Numbered from the whole stretch's first letter, positions 24,377 to 37,588 are shown. The stretch is DNA of 59,670 nt, filler included, from Globobulimina sp. (GCA_003354225.1; 12 parts of 12 records of this genome joined end to end with filler, not necessarily neighbours in it); one strand, 5' to 3'. Notes: generated by a model not told the origin, from the sequence alone. Numbers and translations are program-made.

Positions 24377-24501
24377 ACTAATTATTTCTTTTTTGTAAAA
24401 ACTTCTCAGAAGATTATAATTTCATTGAAAGTAAATGGGCAGTATCCGTTGCACTTGGAATGGGATATTATAATTTACCCAAGGATCTGGTTCCGATAAC
24501 A

Positions 24502-24830
24502 ATGACATCATCCGACAATACACCACAAGAAGCCGGAATCTGCCGGGCGTCTTCCCGGACGCGTGAGCGGGCTTGCGGTACGGTTCTGCTCCGAAGAGGC
24601 ATAATAGTTGGAATCGCGAGCATCTGTAGTACGGTGTTGCTCATACTGGCCTCGACTTCAGACGGCCAGGAACGCAAAGCCCCAAAGAAACTCAAGGAGG
24701 GCGCATCGTGTGTAACAGAGGAATGTCACCCCAGACAAATCGCCGGCCCGGTGACGCACAAGCCTGTCGCGCAAAAGAAATGCGACGCCTGCCACGATCA
24801 GGAAGACGAAACCCTCCACAAGTTCGAGTT
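24502..24830 (+). CDS. Bacterial-type multiheme cytochrome c, N-terminal fragment
   Basis: Signal-like hydrophobic segment, CVTEECH and THKPVAQKKCDACH heme motifs; visibly higher GC than the rest of the contig; cut by contig end. Confidence 0.7.
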
Positions 24831-24930
24831 NNNNNNNNNNNNNNNNNNNNNNNNNNNNNNNNNNNNNNNNNNNNTTAATTAATTAANNNNNNNNNNNNNN
24901 NNNNNNNNNNNNNNNNNNNNNNNNNNNNNN

Positions 24931-26917
24931 GCTCTGCACTTTGCGGTTCGATTTACGCGATTTGCGTTTTCTTTTTTTCGTGGCATAGTCGCTGTCGCTG
25001 CCACTGTCCTCCTCTGCGTCTGAGTCATTATTCTTGTTCTTATTCGATTTATCATTTCCTTTATTAATCTCGTTCTCAATCTGCTGCAATATTTTATAAG
25101 CTTCGGCAATGATGCGTTTACTCACTTTGCCCAATGGCAATTTGGCCGCATCGTAGCCAATCTCCTTCATCTGCGTATCCATCATATCCTTATCAAATAT
25201 CAACTGCACTAATTCCTGAATGCCGTCATCCAATTTGCTCTCACATTTATGCTCCTCGCTGCCGTCAAATACCGCATCGTCGCCATCTCCCTCTGCGTCG
25301 GCCCCATAATCCATCGGTAAATACATATATTTCCCGGCACGAAATTCAAAGTCATCGCGGTCGTCCCAGTCATTCAAGGTTTTATCATGAAATTTCTTCA
25401 TAAATAACGCAATACTTTGCTGTTTAGTGCCGTCTACTTCTCGGTGCTGCCCTGTATAACCAACGCGTGCCCATCGAAAGTAAGTACAATATCGTTCGGT
25501 GGTGTCGTGCTTTAAGACGTGTATTTTATACATTTTGTTGTTGTTGTTACCGATGTTGGTCTGATTCAACATGGCGTCGTATACCACACCATCCTCTTCA
25601 TAGACACTCCACTCCGGGCCGCGGGAAAAAAACTCGTCGACGGGCGCACTGCCTCGGAACTTATGTGTCTTCGTTACGGACTCTTTCGGGCCTTTACCGT
25701 CGGTGTCATTATCATGGTTATTGTCGTCGGATTTTGTTTTTTTTTTCTTATTCTTGTCGCTCATTTTAATATCTTCATCGTCACTCTCGCTCTCATCCTC
25801 ACTCTCTTCGATGATATATTTATCATATTTTAATTCCTCTTTTTTTGCAATACAATCATGCAAATAGTCTTCGCCCACAATGGGTATTTTTAACTTTATG
25901 GCAGTGGCACATTTGGTGGATTCCAAATTAGCGCCGACGGTTTTAACTAATACGACATCTATTTTTGCAGTGGTCGCCGGTTTAACAGTCCCGTCATTGT
26001 CTCTTATTAATTTCTTAATGGCGCTCTGCGATTTGCTGAAGCCGCCACTCAGTACAAATGCAACACCACCAAATATACCTTCCTCTTCTTCCTCTGATGA
26101 TGATGGCTCCTCTTCGTCCTCTGATGATTCCACAATGCTCCATTTATTACGCATTTTAAGCTGTAAATACAAACAAAAATAATTATTTCACAGCATTTTG
26201 TGGGAACATTTATAGAAATGCATGAAACCAAACTACTAATAAATGCAATGCCTCATCGAATGCGTCTTGTTTCGAATCGGCTCTTTTTACCAATTTCCTG
26301 CCCTTTGTGCCAATTTTGCCTTCAACGATGGAATAGGTTTTGTTTTCGTTGATAACCACTTCGTATTTCTGCTTTTCATCTTTGTCCTGTAATAAAACAG
26401 AGGAAACCTCCAACATCGGACGTAATACTTTCTCATTCTTTCTATCATTGGAATCATATTCATCTTCGTCGTCTGGTTCTGAGGAGGAGTCAGATGAAGG
26501 GGTGGGAGTTGGTGCCTTTTTCTTTTTTTTTCTGCTTTTTCTGGTGTTGGTTTTGCGTTTTTTAGCTGGAGGCTGCTCAGAAGAGTCCGACGCGTCTTCA
26601 TCGCTCGAATAATCCAACTGTTTTCTTTTTCGCCCTTTGGTTTTCTGTTCGCAATATCCAGCGTCCTTTTTTTTACGTATCAGAGCTTTGGCGTTGGTCT
26701 CGCATTTTTTTCTGGATGCGAATTTTTTGGGGCTCATGGTGCGTCCGCTACAGCCGAGCTTGCCATAACGAATGGTAAAGGATTTTTCTCCTACTTTTAT
26801 TTCCCAGAATTTTCCTCCTGCGCTCTGTATTGTTTTTGTTTGTACGTTTTGGTAATGTCCAAATGCGAAATGTAATACAATTTTACATACTGTATCTTGT
26901 GTCAAATAAACTTTCAT
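24931..26917 (-). CDS. PARP1/2/3-type poly(ADP-ribose) polymerase (WGR-like x2, BRCT, WGR, regulatory domain), 3'-truncated, with introns
   Basis: KFWEI...IRYGKLG; IFGGVAFVLSG (BRCT); YDAMLNQTNIGNNNNK...RWARVG; SKLD...LIFD...LPLGKVSK. Confidence 0.88.
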
Positions 26918-27231
26918 GATGGAGTTTTAGTGTTTGTTTGACTTTCTGACAAGATCCGACAAGAAAAGATGATTAAAGTAACTAACTAGTTTTTTATCTA
27001 GTGTTTTTTAAATAAATATTACTGGCATATATGCAACACCGGCTCATTAAAGGTAGCTCACACTGGCACTCCTGGACGAGTCACATTATCATCATTTGAG
27101 CCACCAGATTCAGATTGTTTAGCCTGTCACATATATGTCATATTTCCCATGCATGCTGAGCATGAAGGTGATGATCAAAAGACAGTACAAAATTCTTAAA
27201 CGCAAAAGAAAATAAATAAACAATGAAACAA

Positions 27232-29264
27232 TTAAGAAGCCCACCTACCGCGAGACGTACTCCTTGATCTACTCATCGATCTGTCTCGTTTCTTCCCATC
27301 ATTTCTTTTCCGTGACCTCGACCTTGACGGTGATCGTGATCTTGATCTTGATTTCCTATATTTTCTACCTCTCCCTTTTTCTCGTTTCCTTTTCCTTTTA
27401 TTTCTTTTTCTTTTTCTTTTTCTCCTGTCATCCTCAGACGATTCCGATGATAAATCCGACGAATCTGAATCTGACGAATCCGAGGATGACGCATCTGAGC
27501 TATCCTCCGAATCACTATCACTGTCCTCATCAGACAACATTTGCGATTGTTGCAACTTTATCATATCTTTGTGTTTCTGCTTCAAAAAAGTCCTCATTCG
27601 CTCCGTCAATCCGCCCAAGCCAATGGTGGTGAAAAAGTTAATCGCAAACCGCGTGTCCTTTGCATCTATCATTGGGAACAAACCCTCGAATGCTTTGCCA
27701 TATTGTTCGTCAAACAGTGTTTGGCGCAACTTCTTACCCATAAAACTAGCCAATTCCTGAAACAATATCTTAATAAAGATCCGCTTCGATGCGTTTGTAT
27801 CCCTTTCATTCAATTTAATAAATTCCAATACACTCCAATCCAACGCATGCGAATGCAACAAATGCGCATAAAACTTACTCACATTCCGAATTTTATTCGT
27901 ATCCAACAAATGAATGTCCTCATACTGTCTTACAAACAATTCATCAAAGCAATCCTCAAACGTTTGTTTGATTTTCGATAAGCGTTCAGCGAGCAAACCA
28001 TACTGTTTTCTGTAAGAGCGTTCATGCGAACATGCTTCCAATATCATATGAGACACTTCCTTGGCCGAACCATCAAAGCTTCCCAACATTTTATGCGCCA
28101 TTTCCTGCGCTGTCAGCGATGAAACAATGGTTAGATATATTTTCCTGCGTAAAGTCATTACATTTTCATTGGTCATATCTGCAATTTCCATATCATTATC
28201 AGCCGCGCTTTGACTCTCAGACTCATCATCAGAGTCATCCGAATCACTGCTCTCATCATCATCAGAATCATCAGACTCTGCGTCAGAGTCATCGCCACCG
28301 CCTAATATCTCGTATTTGATGTCTTGATAATCTTTTTCATGCTGATTCCAATCCGGATCGTAGTGAAATATATTCAGCATTTTCTCGCTGTCCTTATGTC
28401 CCAATAAGTTGATATTATGGCAAATTATGTCATCTTCGTCCACTAAATCTAGGTCCTCGGTAATGGCTGGATGCTCCTATTAATGTACAGTATGTGTATG
28501 GGAATATTGTATTTGGTGCGAGGATAATTATTTGGTAACAAAACTTGAAAATTATTTTTAAAGGCTTTGAACAGTGATTCCAATTCATATTGGACTCTGA
28601 TGTCCAGATCTTGGCTTTCCTGAAGTATGTCTTTTAAAGTGTTGAATACAGCTTTCATGGCATCGGGGGATAATTTGCTTAATATTTGACCGCAATTTAA
28701 AATCAATTCTTTCACGATTTCGATCGAGTCGTTGGTAGGAGAGGTTAGCAATAATTGAATGATTTGTAAACCACACAATTCGTGCAATATTTGGTAATTT
28801 ATGAGATGCGCAATAAACTTCACAATGCATTTCAACGACAGTTTATCATTCCGTTTGTAGGAACGTTGAAATTGGGCAATAGTACGGCGGCAAAGTAAAT
28901 CACCAATTTCGGGGATTTTCGTGTTTATAATACAGATTAAGGCGCAGTAAACATTTGTAAAGGAAGGTGAGGACAGTTGGGATTTCATAATCGAACGACA
29001 AAATAAACCACGGCCACGAACTATGTTTTCATTAAATAATTCAACCACAATTTCGGTGATGTTGAATTTATTCACTTTGTTTATCGGTCCATTGATGGAT
29101 TTTCGTAATGCTTCCCATTGTAAACGTTGGTAGGCTTCTGATTTTTTATTCGCCGAGAGTTTGGCTTCGAGCCTACGCATTTTAAATGGTGGGATGTAAA
29201 TGCCACCGAGTCGTAATGTTTCTAAATCGGAGGTGGCTAATTTTGCTTGCTTCGCTGCCATCAT
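27232..29264 (-). CDS. CWC22: Pre-mRNA splicing factor CWC22 (MIF4G + MA3, RS tail); intron 28477-28544
   Basis: GGIYIPPFK, YQRLQWEALRKSING, ENIVRGRGLFCRS, RFAINFFTTIGLGGLT; splicing restores HPAITEDLDLVDEDD. Confidence 0.96.
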
Positions 29265-29398
29265 GTACCTTAATGTAAGTTACAGTAAGAAGTTAAGGTT
29301 TTTCTGACATAAAAAAACAGATTGCAGCGAGCCAGCGACGAGTATAAATTGAATTGGTCTGCAAATGTCAGAATTGCGTATAATGCATTGCACTCCAC

Positions 29399-29719
29399 TC
29401 AATACTGCATGCATTGGATGAATGGATATGTCTGTTCAATAAATACAGTGTCATCGGCATAGTCCAGTTCAAGAATGAAAACTATTTTATTGATCACATG
29501 TTTATCAATAAAATATTTCAATTTATCTCCACATTTTCGCCATAATTTCCCATTTCTAAAAATATTCATAATGCATGATTCTGCAGAATCTGTTAACAAA
29601 ATATCAAATGTATATAATCCAATCGCATGAGTTATATCCGGATCTATAGCCACCACTTTTGCTCCAATCAGCTTTCCCAAAATAATGTAAAAGTCCACGG
29701 TTATAATGTGTGATTGCAC
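29399..29719 (-). CDS. Hypothetical protein fragment
   Basis: 106-aa ORF near contig end; no family recognised. Confidence 0.25.
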   Translation of the reverse strand: MQSHIITVDFYIILGKLIGAKVVAIDPDITHAIGLYTFDILLTDSAESCIMNIFRNGKLWRKCGDKLKYFIDKHVINKIVFILELDYADDTVFIEQTYPFIQCMQY

Positions 29720-30258
29720 TACGATTATTCCTCAAAGATTTATTATGTAAATAGCCCGATTTATCCATTAATCCGATCCACATTTCATCGCCAACCGATT
29801 TAATATAACAATTANNNNNNNNNNNNNNNNNNNNNNNNNNNNNNNNNNNNNNNNNNNNTTAATTAATTAANNNNNNNNNNNNNNNNNNNNNNNNNNNNNN
29901 NNNNNNNNNNNNNNATTTGTATTGAAATAATGAGCACATTTGGAAAAATAACCAAAAACAAGGAATTTAACCTAAATAATTTGACGACTTGCAGCCAGTT
30001 CTGGGCAAATCACTCTCCTGTAGTCGCCCTTTCGACTGGCGGTTAAAAAATTTCTTCAAAACTTTAAGAAATCAATTGTAATTAATACGTAATTAATTTT
30101 ATAATTAATTGAAAATAAAACAAAACATTGATTCAATAGTTTCAATAACCAAACAAGACAAAAAACAAAACAGAAACTACCAAAAAAACAGAAACTAAAA
30201 AATAATGCAGTGAGTTTTGCTAATTTTGATAATTGGACAACAACAAAAAAATGTAAAT

Positions 30259-31458
30259 TTATAATTGTTCATAATTAACATCCACTTGACTTAGCATCTT
30301 AGCGTCTTTTTTATAATCACCTCTATGTTTGAAGCAATATACCATCATTCCAATGATACCAAGCGCCACAATCACAGCTAAGACACCAACTGCAATCTCA
30401 AAACCCACCGTCGATTTCTGTGTTTCTCCACTTAACCTCTCAGCAACTATATACATACAAAAATAACACACTGTACTCCTCCGCTAGAATATAATATAAA
30501 AGATACCTTCACTCGTTGTAGCATCGCCAGCCACAGTACTCGACATATCTGAGCTGTCACAGTCCTCTTCCCAGGCTCTGTAGCATTTATTCTTCACCGC
30601 ACACCAACCATACCCTGCACTGGCAATACACCCATAACTGTCCCGATCGCTGCCATCAATGACAATGGTATAATTACAATCCGCTTCCCACGGCACGTAA
30701 CATGTCGCTGTAGACACACAATATATATATCCAGCAGCTATCACACAGCCATGTACGTCTACATCGCCACCAATGGTACACGATTCCTCCCATTTTCTGT
30801 AGCATTTATTCGTTGCTGCACACCATTCATAACTGTTTTTGTTGTTTGTGGGTTAAAAGTAAACATAGGCAGAAGGTATATACCCTGCGGATATTACACA
30901 GCCATAAGAGTCTCGATCGCCACCGATAGCGGCAGAGGCACAGTCTTCTTCCCACCATCGGTAACATGCACTGCTGGCCTCACACCAGGAATAGCCTGCG
31001 TTTGTGTAGCAATTATGTGAGTCCGTTTCGCCTCCAAATGTGCCGGTCGTAGTGAGGGTAAACAGAGGGATATTGCCTTCGGTGAAGGAGCCCAATGTAT
31101 CCGCTAATTGTGTCGGATAGTTCATCGCCACTAATATTGGTAATGAGTCAATGGGTTTGTAGATATATAGTTGTGCATAGTTCGCAGCTGGATCGCATAA
31201 TAATTGTATTGATGCAAAATAATTTATGCCATTTACGGTTTGTTTTTTTGCACTGTCTAATTGATAACGAGTGGTGCAGCCAACGTTGAGGGTTACACCA
31301 CTTTGTTGTAAGGAGGAGCTGATTATATCGTCGAAGGAGGATACATATTCAACTACAGTTTGGAAGTCAGTTGAATTGGATGGAATGTCGGTTAATCCGC
31401 CAATTATTGTCTGTGATATCGCCATTGAAATGGCGAACGTTGATAAAATTAATTTCAT
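30259..31458 (-). CDS. Type I membrane protein: signal peptide, cystatin-like domain, 4 Cys/Trp repeats, TM, YEQL tail (3 exons)
   Basis: IIGG and QTVNGINY (cystatin G and QxVxG); four GGDxDxxGCxxxAGYxWC-x5-CYxxWEExC repeats; intron 30833-30883 restores repeat 2. Confidence 0.75.
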
Positions 31459-31987
31459 CTTTATTTTTGCGATTTTGCGTGGGGATGAGGTAAACTAAAA
31501 ACTTTATGTAGTTTTTTTTTATGTGTATTGATTAAACCATGTCGTCTCGTTCGAAAAAGAAATTGACAGTTGATCGCACGAAAGCTCTTAGATTTATGTC
31601 AGTTACCCTCTTAATCACATCCATGAACCACCAGATTATGTAAACAAAACAACCACAAAAATAAACAGTGCCAAACAACAGTTTTACAAATTAGAAGAAA
31701 CTCCGGAAGAAAAAAGCAATGTACGCATTTTGGAAAGAGATTGGTATCAAAATGCTACACATAATGACTCCTACGCTCAACAAATATGTACCTACGCTGT
31801 CAAACGACATTTAGTTTTATTAGAAAAATACATCAACAAAATGAGCGTTACAAACCCAAATAGAATGCAACAAATATCAACGAGGGACCACATCAAACAA
31901 AGAACACAAATGTGCATAAATAATGTATGTAAAATGTGAATCCTTGCGCTAATCACAAGCATCCAAACAAACAAAAAACAGAAACTA

Positions 31988-33357
31988 ATGCAGTTCTACC
32001 AAGCAGTGGGGCTCCCGCCACCCGCTACATTCATGAAACAGCCATTTATTGTCCAAACAAACCATATGGCAATGCATGCAAACATGCAACGGTATCAATA
32101 TCAATACCAACATCCGTACACAAACCCGATGGCCCCTCAAATGATGCCAGCACACTCACAACAACCACCTACAAAAAAGATGAAATTATCGCATCCCAAT
32201 GCGAAGATAGCGAAAAAAGCCACGGTTAACAAGGAAGAAATTGAAAACGAGAAAATAAATCGATTGAAATTGCCCTCCAATCTTATAAATAGTGGCAAAT
32301 TGCAACAATGGTTGGATAGCAAACTACTTTTATTGACAGAATATGAGAGTTTGATCACCAAATCTGTGACCAATACAAAATTGCTATCGGAACATCGCAG
32401 TGCAATCATGAATTTGCGGCGAGATATCGACATATTAAAATCGACGGTCATGCAAGAAATGCAACAAAATAAAAACAAAAACAATAATAATAAGCAATGG
32501 AGCGATAATAAGGAATTAAAGCGGGTTTATTTGGATATCATGAAAATGGATAAGGATTTACCAGTGTTGAGGTAGCGGGATTTGTATAATCTGATAAGAA
32601 ATATGTGTTTTTGTAATGTTGATGATGAAAAAATGTCATATTTATTATCATATTATAAATTCCTGTGTGGTTTTAATATTAAAGGGAGAAACATATTAAA
32701 CCGTTGATAGATAAATATGTGCAGGAATTTGGCGAATGTGATATTAAAAAAAGTATTTCCGCACAGCAAAATATTAAAAAGATATTGATTGAGAATAAAT
32801 TTAAGAAGAAAGCAGAAACTTTTTGCAATATTATTGGTAAACAATTTGTAAGAAATAAGTTGTTTTGCTCGGAAATAAATAATGTGTTAAATGATGATTT
32901 AGAGTTATTGAGTGATTTCGGTGTGAAGTTTTTTGTGAAAACTCTTCAAAATGATCATGCCTTCAATTTACAGATAACATTTTGTGGACATTTTGGCAGT
33001 CGTATTGATGACGAATGGCATGCACCGACTTTGGTGGTCATGTTGAATGAAAGCAAATATAGACATTATTATGGAATGTTGCCTTGTTTCAAGCGATTAC
33101 AACAACGCTTTATTGATTTTATATTTGTTTTGAAAGAGACACAGAAAGATTTATGGCATGATGAGGAAGATGTTGTTGACGTTGATCGGTTTACAAAGAA
33201 ACACATAAAGTGGTTGGATAATTACAAAATAAATACATTGAGAGGTAATGGAGAGTTTGTGAGTATTGTCAATATTTATAATTTTTATCAAGATGCTGTC
33301 AAGGCATTGATCAAAGAAATGACTGGTAACAAATCTAATAACCGGAAAAACGTTTAA
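31988..33357 (+). CDS. Hypothetical protein(s); Gln/Pro-rich then coiled-coil, probably multi-exon
   Basis: Consecutive same-strand ORFs of 195 and 217 aa; no family recognised. Confidence 0.45.
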
Positions 33358-34095
33358 TAATTAGCGAATTTCCGATATTTTTCTAACATTTTTCACCACA
33401 TCATCACCATGGTCAAAACGTGGACATGTTCACAATTTTGTGATGGTGATTTATGTGACTTATGTCCATAGGTTCTCACCACATCAACGTACGTCTTAAT
33501 TCAAAGTGAAATTAGCTTAAATTAATTAAAATGTTAATGTGAAGGCACTGCAAAGGAGTTAGGAGAGGAAGGGTCAACTCGTTGAATGATTGATACATTG
33601 TACATTTCTATTCCATGGATATGGCGTAGTTTCAACCTTCAGATATCAATACAGATCATTCCAATGACGATGAGTATATTATCCCCATATAACAAGCATT
33701 AGGATGCCAACTACGTTTACGAATATCAATGGGACTGTAATTATTTGTGTATTGGGTGATGTGTCAACAGAATGAATATCAAAAAGAATTAGTAACTTTG
33801 CAATATAGTCCTGGCAGAATATATTATGTTCACCATTTTGCCCTTTATTGTTTGGTCTTCAAATTTAGGTTTATCCCATCCATCTATTTACATGATATTT
33901 GTGGTAAATTTAGTTCACAAATTATGTATGAAATACCATGCATACATTTAGCTAAAAATCTTTGTTCGTGCAAAATAGCTAACGAATTGAGAAAAAATAG
34001 GCTTGATAGTGTAAGATCATAAATACCAAAGCCCATGCTTCAAATGTCGCAGTCAGCAGAAAATGTTTAGACCGCGCTAAGTCACAGTCACTCTG

Positions 34096-34557
34096 ATGAT
34101 GCTCCCGAAAGAGGAAACGAAGATGGAATCCAAATCTGTTGAATTAGACCTAAATGGGGTATGGGAATATTCTACTATAGAAAATTTAGATCCATTTCTA
34201 GTTGATATGGGAATTAATTGGGCGAAAAGAACTTTGGCTGCATCAGTTGCTGCTGTTATACAATGTACTTATACTGTTGTTCAAGATGGCGATAATATTA
34301 CACAAACAATTAAAACTCCATTGGGAGGCAGTACGCGTTCATATTCTGTGGGTACTGGTCATGTCTTCAAATATAAAACATATAAAAATTCAGATATGGA
34401 ATCAAAATATGAATGGAATGATGATAAATCGGTTTTGTATGGAAAATCAAAAAATATAACACGTGGGGCAGCCTATAATTATACATTACATACAGAAAAC
34501 GATGATAAAAACACCAAACTGTTTCTGGTAACATATGGAAAAACGGTACACCAATGA
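34096..34557 (+). CDS. Fatty-acid-binding protein/lipocalin family
   Basis: LNGVWEYSTIENLDPFLVDMGINWAKR matches the FABP N-terminal signature; the true 3' end probably lies beyond an intron. Confidence 0.75.
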   Translation: MMLPKEETKMESKSVELDLNGVWEYSTIENLDPFLVDMGINWAKRTLAASVAAVIQCTYTVVQDGDNITQTIKTPLGGSTRSYSVGTGHVFKYKTYKNSDMESKYEWNDDKSVLYGKSKNITRGAAYNYTLHTENDDKNTKLFLVTYGKTVHQ

Positions 34558-34581
34558 CCATAATATTTATTAATAGTATAT

Positions 34582-34742
34582 TATTCATATGCTACTTTTT
34601 CGTTTCGAGGATGAGTAACGTTTCCCGAAAACACAGTTTTTTGCCGAGGGGGCTCCGGGGGGGGTGGGGGGGAGCCCCCAAGGCTCAAAACTGTGTTTTC
34701 GGGAAACGTTACTCATCCAAGAGATAAAGTTGCATATGAATA
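34582..34742. mobile_element. MITE-like palindromic element with nested hairpin
   Basis: Perfect 32-bp inverted repeat 34609-34640/34687-34718, outer arms TATTCATATGC/GCATATGAATA, inner GGGGGCTCC/GGAGCCCCC stem around a poly-G loop. Confidence 0.65.
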
Positions 34743-35156
34743 CGATGCTTTATTCCCAATAATGACCATATAGGGAATTTGGTATTATCATANNNNNNNN
34801 NNNNNNNNNNNNNNNNNNNNNNNNNNNNNNNNNNNNTTAATTAATTAANNNNNNNNNNNNNNNNNNNNNNNNNNNNNNNNNNNNNNNNNNNNTGTTCCGG
34901 ACTCGGAAATAACATAATGTTTTTGTGCAACACTGGCAGCAAAACACAAATTAGCACACATTTTGGATCCCAGAACTTATAAAATTAAATTTGAAAAATA
35001 TAACCAATCACAGACAAAATAAAAATACAACACACATTGGTTCACAACAACAAATCTAAAGCACAAACACACTTACTTCTGTATTGAGGGTATTGAGTGG
35101 GCGCGTATTGAGAGGGAGAGTAAGTAATTTTAAATATTAATAAATATATATTTACT

Positions 35157-37377
35157 TTAATTAATAACAACTGGAAATTCAGCACCATTCTCAGCATTTG
35201 ATTGTGTATCCACTGATTCTCTGCTAACACCACTACTATATACGGGCACAATATCTGGTACAATTTCAATAGACTCTTTTCTGCTGTTTTTATCTTCTGC
35301 CATTGTTGCCATAATAACCGCGGCAATATCCTCCGTTTTCGATTTTCTTTTTCCAAACCAACAACAAAATAAACAAATTGATATCAAACAGACATTGACT
35401 ACACCGACACCGACAGCTAATTTCATCCATGTTATGGTCTCTGCACTCTCTATGTCGCCATCTCCATCCACATCAACTGAGATAACTGGATCATGAGTAA
35501 TTGCGGCAAAACTATTAAAATGCCTTGTTTGCGAAGCAGTCTCTAAATCGTCAGACAATCTTCTTCTTCTTCTTCCTGGTGCTGCAACTAAATCGATTGA
35601 AACTTGAGCATGAATCCATAAATTTGTTCTTATGATAGATGGAGAGACATAGAACGAGAACCGCATCGTTGCGTTGTTATACGGTGTGTATAATGTAACA
35701 TCGCCACCTGCAGTTAAGTCATTTTCTACGCCGGACTGTACAATATGCCATAATGAATCTGCATCAATACTTGCACTTAAACAGCCTCCCGCGCCCAAAT
35801 TCTGATTGGTTACCGACAATGGTTCGTTATCTGGCGACGTGGTACAAATCCAAACCGCATCCAAATTTACATCAAATATACCAAATTCGAAATTGGCGGG
35901 TAAAATAATTGAGAGTTCGACAAAAGCTGTATCTTCCAAGGCATACTGGTCTGTTGCTCCTAATTGATTCGCAAATGTGGCATCAGTATAAAAATCCATG
36001 GTTGCCGCAAATTGCATAACAAATACTTGCGGATCGCAAATCTCATCTAACCACTCCAAACCAACTGTTAATCCGACATCCGATCCATAGTTCGTAATAT
36101 AATCGGCACACAATGCAGCCCCATTTGTGTAATTTACATTTGGATTGCATGTTGTTGTAAAATCTAATGCATAGTCACCTATTTATATAATCAAAATCAA
36201 AAACAAACAAAAAAATATATTGTACTGTAATTTATACAATACAAACCCGTAAAATCCGTTGGTGGACAGCTCACATCCGCTGCTGATACATGCCATAATT
36301 GAGAACATAGACTAGCAGAAGCCACTAAACATCCGCTATTTATCGACACACTGTTTACCTGGAAAATGGTCCCATTCAATGCTGGCACATTCAGCAAAAT
36401 GGGATCAGTCAACATCAAGAAATCCGCAGATTCAGTTAATAAAATAAGTGTAAAATCACCCTCCAAATCGTCTTTAAACACAGAAATAATGGATAATGTG
36501 AATAAATTAATACCAACCGACGAAATAAAATTCACTGTGTTTCTAACAGCCATAACAAACGGTGCTGATAACATTTGAAAGACGCGATAATAACCTGTTT
36601 ATGTCACGGATTAATTTGTTTTATATAATTCAAACACCGAAAATATAGATTGGGAATTTGTACCTGTATCCGTATAATGCGCGAGCGGAGATACCATGTT
36701 AATATAAAATACACCCGACATATTGATCCAATTTGCATCGACTGAAACCGCTGCATATAAAGCATCCCCTCCATAATTGCCACATTCCCGTAATTCTGCC
36801 CAATTAAACTCACCATGATACTTAATAGGAGTGCACTCATTCACTGCATCAATGGACAAACTCCAAAAATCTGACGGCGGAGGATATGCTAAATATGATT
36901 CGTTTGCTAAATGGTTGACTTGGGCCGGAGTATCAGAATAAGTCCATAGCGATGAAAAATCACCAGAAAAATCACCACTTACTCTGTTTTGACAATTTCC
37001 TGCTTCTCGGATATCATCAATGTTTGCATTAAAATCTAGACACAAAACAGATAAAAACAGATGTGCGTAATCCATATATGGACTTACTTACCTTCGAAAT
37101 CCAAAACATATGTGGTGCCATAACCATATGTATGAGCGTCCGCATACGAAGAACCAACATATTCTAAGTCTACATCCAATACTAATCTTAACGAGGTCTG
37201 GTCAACAGCCAATGTGTACGCCATATTAGGTTTAAGGGACTGATCCGACATCAAATCATCCCAATCAATATGCGCAATTTGCCCGCTACTCTCACACGTC
37301 GCATTTCCTGTTAATTGGCCTCTTACTCTGCCGGCGATGCTTAATAATAACAATAATAATACTGTTGATGCGAACAT
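35157..37377 (-). CDS. Multi-exon type I membrane glycoprotein with ZP-C-like region and furin-type site
   Basis: Signal peptide in the 37084-37377 exon; four same-strand ORFs separated by short introns; RRRRRL, then TM helix, then cytoplasmic tail. Confidence 0.7.
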
Positions 37378-37588
37378 TCTAAATTCTTATTAATCTCACC
37401 GGTACAAACTGGAGAAAAGAAAGAAAGAAAGAAAGGATTTGGAAGTAGGAAATGAAAGAGAAAGTTTTTGTAAGATACTAAATACTATGTTGAATTGCAC
37501 AACATGTGCAAGGATACGGTGATGTTTCTACTACGTACAAAATAATTAAAGCAAACTAATGAATTCAATAATATTATTAGTAACTTTT

